From assembly GCA_032718475.1 (NCBI GenBank), contig JAUCBJ010006042.1:1-39783 (forward strand): a stretch of DNA of 39,783 bases, written 5' to 3'. The notes below the pieces were generated by a model. It worked only from the letters and a program-made list of their open reading frames with translations. It ran no database searches and was not told where the DNA came from. Below are positions 31,964 through 39,783 of this stretch, piece by piece. The translations under genes were made by a program, and so were the position numbers. This stretch comes from Nemertoderma westbladi. Its lineage: Eukaryota > Animalia > Xenacoelomorpha. Each line of letters opens with the position of its first letter. Position 1 is the first letter of the stretch.

Positions 31964-34900
31964 ATGGATCGGACACTTCTTACCGACGAACAAGTTACGT
32001 TAACTACGAGCCCGTCAACTACCGGTACTACCCTCCCTGCTGAGACGATGGACGCACCGTTAAACAACGAGACGTCGGGCCGAAGCCCAACCGATGGGCA
32101 AGCCGTCCTGTCGCTGTCAATCGGCAGGAGCTGGGGTGGCTACAAGGCGGCATTCACCCGGAGTGAGAACGCGCTAATAGCCGCAATCGCCGATTGTGAC
32201 GAATTTACACAACACGACGCCCAGCAGGTAAGTGCACTCTGGATGGCCTTAAACAGTTCATTTTCTAAACTTCTAGAAAAATCCAAGATATGCATTCTAA
32301 CATTATCCAAAGGACACAGCAATCCTAGTGAAATACCTTTGGTTGACCAAATTTGGTCTGTCTCTGCGGATGTAAAATTCCGTTTTGAAACGTTAAAACG
32401 CGAATACGAACTATTTATAATTAAATGTACCGGTACAACGGACCCTCATCATAATGCTGTAACGGTAGGCCTACAAGCTACCGGTAATAATCCTGCTAAT
32501 TTAGTTGCAGATCCAACAATTATTCCTGAGTCCACTATCGGTAATACTGGCGAGATTTCTGCTCGCCAACCATCCCAGTTACCAGACGACTTTCAATCTC
32601 TAACGGACGCAACTAGAGATGGTTTGTATAGTCCTATGACGAATTTTGATAATTCTTTAGTTGCATGCGTTGATAGACCTACACATTCAACAACATCAAT
32701 CTCACCACAGGAAAGTCAGTCAATTTCGCAAGACATAAACCAGCCTTTTCACCGTAACACCACAGGTGCAGTAGGCAGTGTTTTGTCGAGTAGCCGAGAT
32801 ACTGCTGTGCCATCTATTTTACAGGTATCAGAACAGGAATATAACACAGCCCAGTTCATTATCCCGCCAGCGAGTACCGGTAGCGACCGTCAGCAAGGTG
32901 CAGCTCTGCACCAAAGATATTGGCCTCGTTCAGAAACGAATACCCACCCGACTGAGGGCCGACAGGGCACCTATAATCGTCTCAGAGCGACCCAGGAGCG
33001 TCACCCCACGGCGAGTCAAACACGGAGATCCCGGAACGATCCCCACGGCGACGATGTCCACCCCGACGATTCTGTAAGTAATATAGCATCTAATACTAGC
33101 AACAAAACCAAGGACAGTAGAATTTCTTCCGTTTCGAGTTCCAAACTCAGCGGAATCGCTCGTGCGGCGCGTTTAAAATTACAAAAATCTAAACTGCATT
33201 TACAACGCGACGCAGAACTAGACCAAATTCAGACCGAACTACGACAAAGACAACTTCGACAGAGGCAACTACGTCGAGAAATCGAACACGACGAGGCAGA
33301 GCTTGAGTCTCAATTTTACGAAAATGAACTTACTGGTAATACTACTGCAACTCCTATTAGCAGCGCAAATTTACTTGTACCTCCTGATAGTACCTGTCCA
33401 AATATTACCAGTATAACCCCTTCAGTCACTAGCTCAATTAATATAGCGGGTACTCATACAGTAAGTGCGAGTAATACTGTAGGTATAAGTAGTACAATTG
33501 CTGCAGACCAGGCTTGTCCAGCAAATGTCCCAGAAAATGTCCAGCAGTCTGTACCAGTAGTTAATACTACGCAGTATCGTACTGTACCGATATATACTGA
33601 CACAGTTAACGACTGTGTCCCATCCGTATTAAATCCATATGTACCAGAATATAACCCTAGAACCATCCACTCTACTGTAGTAGACAAGGCTTCTGGTAAT
33701 AGCATAAATATATGTTCTTCAGTCCAGCAGTCAATACCAGTTGTAGTTAATACTACGCAGTATCAGACAGTTCCAATATATGCCGACACAGTTAACAGTC
33801 GTGCCCAATCTGAATTAAATCCACATGTACCAGAGTATAACCCTCGAACCATTTATTCTACAGTAGCAGACCTATCCCATCCTGCCGTAGATCCCACTTT
33901 TAACCATCCCTCACTAGATAGCATGGTGGAGTTTCACCATGGACGTACGAGCAGGGTTCCAGCTGTCACTCAATATTATAGACCACCCAGTGTACAGTTT
34001 CAGCCTAGAAACACAACACCACGTCCCTTTTATAGACCACACTATCATTCTCAGACTCGCCAGGCCTTTGTCCCAGAGCGGTACCCCCAAAATTTGAATC
34101 CAACTCAAACTCAATCTCTGCCGACGGTGGGTCATTTCGAGACACCTGCGACTGACAGTACAGGACATTTGCGAGCGACGCCAGACTTAGGATCCGACAG
34201 ATCAGTCCCCAGTAGCTTAGACCAATCCATACTATTACGACTGTCTCTTCCATCTCCTGACCCCACCAAATTCGACGGCAAGCCTACTGAATTTTTGCGA
34301 TTCAAAGAGACCTTTCAAAGTCTCATTGGGTGTAAGCCAATAACGGACTGCGAAAAGTTAATGTACCTTGTACAGTATACAATAGGTGAACCACGTAAAC
34401 TTGTAGACAACCTCCAAGGAGTAGCCAATGGTTATTCATTAGCGTGGACCCGCCTCAACGAGAGATTTGGCCACCCATCAAAGGTAGTCAAGTCTGTGCT
34501 ATCGACCATTATACGCGGCCCGAATTATAGCAACACACCCGCGGACCTACTGAAGTTTGCCGACGAATTGTTACTTGGTTACACCACACTTGAAAGCATC
34601 GGCTTAACTGCAGAAATAAACACGGGTGAGAACCTGAACCTTATCGCGGGAAGGATGCCTAATGAACAGTTTAACCGTTTTCAACGACATGCAAGTCGTT
34701 ATTACGACAGATATAAATCTAACCCAGGCATTACCGATCTAATCTCGTTTGTACAAGAGGAAGCTCGGGTGCTTAACCACCCGATATTTACAAGGGTCAA
34801 GCAACGACCAAGCTCCACACCTCCAAGCCAACCCCCTGCGCAAAGACAGGTTAAAAGTACAGACATTAACAGCTCTTCAAACTCTCGTAACACACCAAAT

Positions 34901-37900
34901 AACAACCTAGACACGACTTCAGTAAATACAGTACAGCCCACTCGACATGATAAAGACAAGGGCTCTGATTTTTGTATTTGCTGTAAGGGCGATCATGATA
35001 GGCTATATAGATGTGACAAATTTATTACAAATTCTGTAACAGAACGCCGTAAGTTTGTATCCGAGTACTCTAAGCCTATTTGTTATAACTGCCTCGCAAT
35101 AGGGCACATTGCGCCTAACTGTCTTTCGAAATTTCGTTGTAGAGTTTGTAGCATGAGACACCACACTCTACTACATCCTACTGAACAAACTAAGGAAAGT
35201 GTAAAGCCGAGTAGGCTTAATGTTGGTACCAGTAAGTCAGATGCGACCACCATAGCCCAATCCAAACCAACTGTAACAGATTCACAGACTGTACATGTAC
35301 AAAGTATTTCAGCCAATGTCTGTTTAGATAAACGGCCGAGAAATACCGCGTTGCAGACAATTCCTATACGTTTGCATACTGACACAGGACGTACAATAAC
35401 AACCTATGGTATGCTCGACACGGGTTCTAGTGCGTCTTTTATAGACGCCGATGTGATTGCAGAGCTCGGCTTAAAAGCGACAGACCATAGAACAGTCTCT
35501 TTTATGACCTGTGTAGATAATGACAGATCCTTAGATGTAGGAAAGGTTCTTTGTTCAGTTTCACCTGTTGACGATCCATCGCAGGATCCAAAAGGTGAAT
35601 TTTTTAGAGACGTACATTTTGATGTAATTTCCAAATTTAAACAAAACTTTAACCCTTATACACAGTGGGATGTAGAAGAGTGGCCACACTTGTCCGACAT
35701 AGACCTGAGCCACCCTCACTTAGACATTCCACAAGTAACCGTACTGCTTGGGCAGAATGTTCCCCTTGCTTTGCAGCAATACGACAGTCGCTGGGGCTCA
35801 GATCCCAATAATGAGCCTTATGCTGTCAAAACTCCATTTGGTTGGGTAGTTTGTGGACCGAATCTTGCGCCAATGGACTCATCTGTTGCATCTAGACTTC
35901 TGGAGGCGCATATGACGCTAACAAACGAGTGGTACTCAGCTCAGACTACAGACCTCCCAGACAAAGACCTGGACCCGACTGTACATGAACTAGAGACGAA
36001 CTTGCGCCGACTCTTGGAACATGACGCTTTAACATCTTCTTTAGGCAATGACTATTCCCTTGAAGACCACAGAGCACAAAAACTGTTAAACCAAGCCCAA
36101 CTGACCTCAGACGGACATTACAGCTCCGGGCTATTATGGAAACGAGATAACATCTCGTTACCTTGTAATAAGCAGCAAGCTCAGAAAAGGCTAGCTTGGC
36201 TCAAAAAACGCCTTGCTGTTAATTCTGAACTCCATGCTATGTACACCGAACAAGTGGAGGATTATATTTCTCAAGGTTACGCTAGAAAACTAGCCCAAGA
36301 GGAGGCCGAAAATCACGGCCCTCGCTCTTGGTATTTATCACATCACCCAGTTTTTCATCCCAAAAAACCAAACCGTGTTAGAGTTGTTTTTGATGCTTCC
36401 GCAATGTTTAAAGGAACATCACTCAATGATAACCTTTTGAACGGCCCAGATCAAGCTAATTTATTAGTCGGAGTTTTAAGTAGGTTTAGGCAACACCGAA
36501 TTGGATTCTCAGCAGATATTCGAGCCATGTTCCATCAGGTTCGCGTTAATCCCCAGGACCGAGATTCATTGAGATTTCTCTGGTGGGAAGGAGGCGATTT
36601 AACGAAGGAGCCAACTGAGTACTGGATGGAGGTCAGGATATTTGGAGCCGGAGATTCCCCAACCGTAGCACTCGACGCGCTCAGGAAAACTGGAAGCGGC
36701 AATGCTCACTTATACGACCCCCGCGTCAATGAGGCGATCCAACGAGATTTCTACTACGATGACAGTTGTTCAGGTGCACCAACCGTGGGGGAATCAGTCA
36801 GTCTAGCGAACTCACTAGTAGATTGTCTTTCGAGGGGTGGATTTCAACTGGTTAAATTCATCTCCAACAGCCTAGAATTCCTTGATAAACTAGATCCATC
36901 TCTGCTAGCGACACCCAAACCAAACCTTCCATACCTGTCTACAGTCTTGGGTCTCATCTGGAACACCGAAACGGACACCCTTTCTGTAGACACGAGAATT
37001 AAAGAGACGCGCTCAACTAAACGAGGAGTTATCTCTCTTGTCGGGTCGCTGTTCGACCCCCTTGGCTTCATCGCACCAGTTGCGCTTGTCATTCGAACCA
37101 TACTTCAGGAGCTTTGGCGATTGAAACTATCATGGGATGCTCCCGTTCCTGTTGCTTTAGAGCAGCAGCTGACCGACTGGAGGCTTCAACTTTCTGCTTT
37201 ATCCCAGCTAAGTATACCGAGAGTTTACTTTTCAAATTATTTTATAGAAAATGTTTATGAATTGCATTCTTTTTCAGACGCTAGTGAGAAAGGTTACGGT
37301 TTTGTTACCTATATCAGAACAACTACTCCAGATGGGGACTTAACCGTGGGATTTCTTATAGCAAAATCCCGTGCAGCCCCTCTGCGCTATGTCTCAACAC
37401 CCCGTCTAGAACTCCAGGCCGCGCGTCTTTCAGTAGAAATCGCGGTCAAAATGCGTAGTGAGATTGACCTGCCCATTAGGTCAATGAACTTTTGGACAGA
37501 TTCAACCGTAACACTGGCTTACTTAGCTAATGAATCTCGTAGATTCAAACCCTATGTGGCCAACAGGGTCAGCATTATCCATGAGCATACCACCATAGAC
37601 CAGTGGCGTCATTGCCCTGGAGCACTGAATCCTGCAGACCACGCGAGTAGGGGTTTATTACCACATAAATTTATGAAAACCACTGATTGGCTTAATGGCC
37701 CGGATTTCCTTCGTTTGGCTGAACCAGACTGGCCCATCCTTAATTCCAGTGAGTCCTATTATTTACTGGACAATGACCCCGAACTTAAGGCTAATACAGC
37801 GGTCTACGCCGCTGTTATAGATGAAACCGCTACTACCAAATATATTGGGTATTTTTCAGAGCTATACAAACTCCTGCGCAGTGTAGTTTATCTAATAAGA

Positions 37901-39406
37901 ATTTCCCAACTATATTCACAGGTTCAACCAGCTATCAAACTAACCAGCAGGATAACCAACCAGGAACTAGACGTTGCTAGGCAACGGCTGATACTATATG
38001 AACAGCGTACAGGTTTCCCTATTGAGTACAAGGCTTTGGAGTCAGGTAAAACTGTATCAAAACAAAGTAATATTCGTAAACTATCACCTTTCATAAGCGA
38101 GGATGGATATATGAGACTCGGCAGCCGCATTGCTCGTGCTCCGACCTCGTATGACGCACGATTCCCTATTTTGATAACGAAGGGTAGCCACCTTGCCCGT
38201 TTAATCATACATGATACACATACACGGCTACTACACGCAGGCACAGACCACACTCTGGCGACAATCCGAGAGAAATTTTGGATAATTAACGGTAGGCCCT
38301 TAATACGTAGTATGATAAATTCTTGTTTCAAATGCCGTGAACTTCACTCACCGAAGCTTACACAGGTGATGTCTGAGTTACCTGCAACTCGCTTAACGCC
38401 TTACGAACCTGCGTTTACTTTTGCAGGTACAGATGTCTTTGGGCCGTTTTTATTTAAACGCGCTCGGTCATTAGTAAAGAGATACGGTATAATATTTGTT
38501 TGTTTTAATTCTAGGGCCATTGTACTGGATGTTTTGGAGGACCTTTCCACGAGCTGTTTCATCAACGCCTTCCGACGGTTCATCTCTACTCGCGCATCTC
38601 CCCGACACTTGCACTGCGACAACGGAACGAACTTTGTTGGTGCGGAGACAGAGCTTAAACGATCCTGGGCTGATGTAGATCACGACAAGGTTTCAACGTT
38701 CCTCCAAATTTCCGCCGAATGCGAGTGGCACTTCCAGACCCCCCTGGCGCCACACAGCTCCGGAGTCTGGGAACGGTTGATACGCAGCGTTAAAACCGCG
38801 CTCTACTCGACTCTCAAAGACTCAACTCGAGTCAACGAGGATACCTTCCGCACTATCCTGGCCGAAGTGGAAGGAATACTAAACTCACGACCATTAACTC
38901 CTGTTACCGACGACCACACTGGCGATCAACCTCTCACGCCGAGACATTTCCTCTTAAGGAATCCCGTCCACCTCACTCCCCCAGGGGTGTTTGTTCGCAA
39001 GGACGAGTTATCCAGGAAGTCATGGAGACGATCCCAGAGCCTAGTTGATACTTTCTGGGATATCTGGATCTCCGACTACTTGCCCATCCTCCATCAACGC
39101 CAGAAGTGGTTGGACCCCAAGCGGAACCTCCGTGTCGGTGATCTCGTACTTATCGTCGAAGATAAACGTCCGAGAAACTCGTGGAACTTAGGCCGAGTAG
39201 CTCAAGTTCGACCCGGCAAAGATGGCAGAGTCAGGTCTGTCCTAGTGGCGACCTCCGGCGACTCGATCCTGACGCGTCCAGTTACCAAACTCTGCCTTCT
39301 GGAGGAAGTCGATTCCGCGGGACCGAAATCCTACTGGGGTTTCCGTCCGACTCCCTCGTCCAAAACAGCGGCTACCGACCTCAATACGAACCCGACCCCT
39401 CCATAA
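31964..39406 (+). CDS. BEL/Pao Gag-Pol polyprotein (2480 aa from the first ATG; frame open from 31844)
   Basis: Gag core FDGKPTEFLRFKETF, three Cys/His knuckles ending CRVCSMRHHTLLH, protease LDTGS, RT RVVFDAS / DIRAMF / FYYDD, RNase H FSDASEKGYG and PRLELQAA, integrase HHCC plus D(VFGP)-D(NGTNF)-(GVW)E, BEL C-terminal W...YLPILHQRQKW. Confidence 0.95.
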   Translation: MDRTLLTDEQVTLTTSPSTTGTTLPAETMDAPLNNETSGRSPTDGQAVLSLSIGRSWGGYKAAFTRSENALIAAIADCDEFTQHDAQQVSALWMALNSSFSKLLEKSKICILTLSKGHSNPSEIPLVDQIWSVSADVKFRFETLKREYELFIIKCTGTTDPHHNAVTVGLQATGNNPANLVADPTIIPESTIGNTGEISARQPSQLPDDFQSLTDATRDGLYSPMTNFDNSLVACVDRPTHSTTSISPQESQSISQDINQPFHRNTTGAVGSVLSSSRDTAVPSILQVSEQEYNTAQFIIPPASTGSDRQQGAALHQRYWPRSETNTHPTEGRQGTYNRLRATQERHPTASQTRRSRNDPHGDDVHPDDSVSNIASNTSNKTKDSRISSVSSSKLSGIARAARLKLQKSKLHLQRDAELDQIQTELRQRQLRQRQLRREIEHDEAELESQFYENELTGNTTATPISSANLLVPPDSTCPNITSITPSVTSSINIAGTHTVSASNTVGISSTIAADQACPANVPENVQQSVPVVNTTQYRTVPIYTDTVNDCVPSVLNPYVPEYNPRTIHSTVVDKASGNSINICSSVQQSIPVVVNTTQYQTVPIYADTVNSRAQSELNPHVPEYNPRTIYSTVADLSHPAVDPTFNHPSLDSMVEFHHGRTSRVPAVTQYYRPPSVQFQPRNTTPRPFYRPHYHSQTRQAFVPERYPQNLNPTQTQSLPTVGHFETPATDSTGHLRATPDLGSDRSVPSSLDQSILLRLSLPSPDPTKFDGKPTEFLRFKETFQSLIGCKPITDCEKLMYLVQYTIGEPRKLVDNLQGVANGYSLAWTRLNERFGHPSKVVKSVLSTIIRGPNYSNTPADLLKFADELLLGYTTLESIGLTAEINTGENLNLIAGRMPNEQFNRFQRHASRYYDRYKSNPGITDLISFVQEEARVLNHPIFTRVKQRPSSTPPSQPPAQRQVKSTDINSSSNSRNTPNNNLDTTSVNTVQPTRHDKDKGSDFCICCKGDHDRLYRCDKFITNSVTERRKFVSEYSKPICYNCLAIGHIAPNCLSKFRCRVCSMRHHTLLHPTEQTKESVKPSRLNVGTSKSDATTIAQSKPTVTDSQTVHVQSISANVCLDKRPRNTALQTIPIRLHTDTGRTITTYGMLDTGSSASFIDADVIAELGLKATDHRTVSFMTCVDNDRSLDVGKVLCSVSPVDDPSQDPKGEFFRDVHFDVISKFKQNFNPYTQWDVEEWPHLSDIDLSHPHLDIPQVTVLLGQNVPLALQQYDSRWGSDPNNEPYAVKTPFGWVVCGPNLAPMDSSVASRLLEAHMTLTNEWYSAQTTDLPDKDLDPTVHELETNLRRLLEHDALTSSLGNDYSLEDHRAQKLLNQAQLTSDGHYSSGLLWKRDNISLPCNKQQAQKRLAWLKKRLAVNSELHAMYTEQVEDYISQGYARKLAQEEAENHGPRSWYLSHHPVFHPKKPNRVRVVFDASAMFKGTSLNDNLLNGPDQANLLVGVLSRFRQHRIGFSADIRAMFHQVRVNPQDRDSLRFLWWEGGDLTKEPTEYWMEVRIFGAGDSPTVALDALRKTGSGNAHLYDPRVNEAIQRDFYYDDSCSGAPTVGESVSLANSLVDCLSRGGFQLVKFISNSLEFLDKLDPSLLATPKPNLPYLSTVLGLIWNTETDTLSVDTRIKETRSTKRGVISLVGSLFDPLGFIAPVALVIRTILQELWRLKLSWDAPVPVALEQQLTDWRLQLSALSQLSIPRVYFSNYFIENVYELHSFSDASEKGYGFVTYIRTTTPDGDLTVGFLIAKSRAAPLRYVSTPRLELQAARLSVEIAVKMRSEIDLPIRSMNFWTDSTVTLAYLANESRRFKPYVANRVSIIHEHTTIDQWRHCPGALNPADHASRGLLPHKFMKTTDWLNGPDFLRLAEPDWPILNSSESYYLLDNDPELKANTAVYAAVIDETATTKYIGYFSELYKLLRSVVYLIRISQLYSQVQPAIKLTSRITNQELDVARQRLILYEQRTGFPIEYKALESGKTVSKQSNIRKLSPFISEDGYMRLGSRIARAPTSYDARFPILITKGSHLARLIIHDTHTRLLHAGTDHTLATIREKFWIINGRPLIRSMINSCFKCRELHSPKLTQVMSELPATRLTPYEPAFTFAGTDVFGPFLFKRARSLVKRYGIIFVCFNSRAIVLDVLEDLSTSCFINAFRRFISTRASPRHLHCDNGTNFVGAETELKRSWADVDHDKVSTFLQISAECEWHFQTPLAPHSSGVWERLIRSVKTALYSTLKDSTRVNEDTFRTILAEVEGILNSRPLTPVTDDHTGDQPLTPRHFLLRNPVHLTPPGVFVRKDELSRKSWRRSQSLVDTFWDIWISDYLPILHQRQKWLDPKRNLRVGDLVLIVEDKRPRNSWNLGRVAQVRPGKDGRVRSVLVATSGDSILTRPVTKLCLLEEVDSAGPKSYWGFRPTPSSKTAATDLNTNPTPP

Positions 39407-39524
39407 ATTCTGCCTTATGCCTATGAACCCGGTACTGTATTGTAATATTTGGTGAAGGGATTTATGAATTTATTGGCGTTAGCGCTTTATTTTTCTTTCT
39501 TCTGAGATTTATTTCACAAATCTC

Positions 39525-39535
39525 AGGGGGCGGGG
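39525..39535 (+). other. Polypurine tract
   Basis: AGGGGGCGGGG, separated by 2 nt from the TG start of the 3' LTR. Confidence 0.8.
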
Positions 39536-39537
39536 TG

Positions 39538-39783
39538 TGTAGGCTAACGCTCAGCACATCAAAAATTTAGCTGCAATTAAATTCGTCTGTCCCATTTATC
39601 CTCTTTATTTATCCACTTTCATCCAATATTTAATCGTATTTCTATTTATTATTTATTTAGGCCCCTTATTTATTTACTTTCAGTTTCGTAACCTACCAGT
39701 AGTAGTTGTGACCATTGTTGCGGCGGTAGAGCCCATTATCCTTTTGTTGCGGCTTTGCCCACTATGCGTGTTGCGGCTTTAAG
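39538..39783 (+). repeat. 3' LTR (partial)
   Basis: 246/246 identity to 30192-30437 by eye. Confidence 0.96.

Larger units (their letters stand above)
30192..39783 (+). mobile_element. Intact BEL/Pao (Belpaoviridae) LTR retrotransposon; 3' LTR cut by the window end
   Basis: Direct repeats starting TGTAGGCTAACG at 30192 and 39538, single gag-pol ORF in BEL order (Gag, PR, RT, RH, IN), polypurine tract before the 3' LTR. Confidence 0.96.

Noticed and set aside
32140-39426. Short antisense and alternate-frame ORFs in the BEL element, and similar ones in PSMC4, RPIA, UAP1 and RAD51
   Set aside because: Shadows of the real reading frames with no motifs; no env-like ORF.

Overview
Eukaryotic, most likely animal, genomic DNA that is AT-rich and intron-poor; it is not prokaryotic and has no CRISPR array. 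Four housekeeping genes are present: PSMC4/Rpt3 (3 coding exons, +), RPIA (+), UAP1 (+) and RAD51 (-), the last three with single-exon CDSs. There is one tRNA-Lys(TTT). Two unrelated 3.6-4 kb satellite arrays, both with a 50-bp monomer, each lie about 0.55-0.6 kb downstream of a gene. Decayed mobile DNA includes three RTE-like LINE pieces (one split by a 1.3-kb TIR element with a CTCT target duplication), an L2-like scrap, a foldback-like inverted repeat and a small MITE. The last 9.6 kb is an intact, very young BEL/Pao LTR retrotransposon whose two LTRs are identical over the 246 bp visible. The most notable signals are: chains of TA-(CAG/CTG/CCG/CCGG/GGCC)-TA modules resembling stacked DNA-transposon excision footprints, the shared architecture of the two 50-bp arrays, a run of abutting stem-loops at 23.76-24.03 kb, duplicated PAM2-like motifs and a YYDD RT motif in the BEL polyprotein, and a mitochondrial-presequence-like extension on RPIA. 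All of this was read by eye; no searches or folding programs were run.
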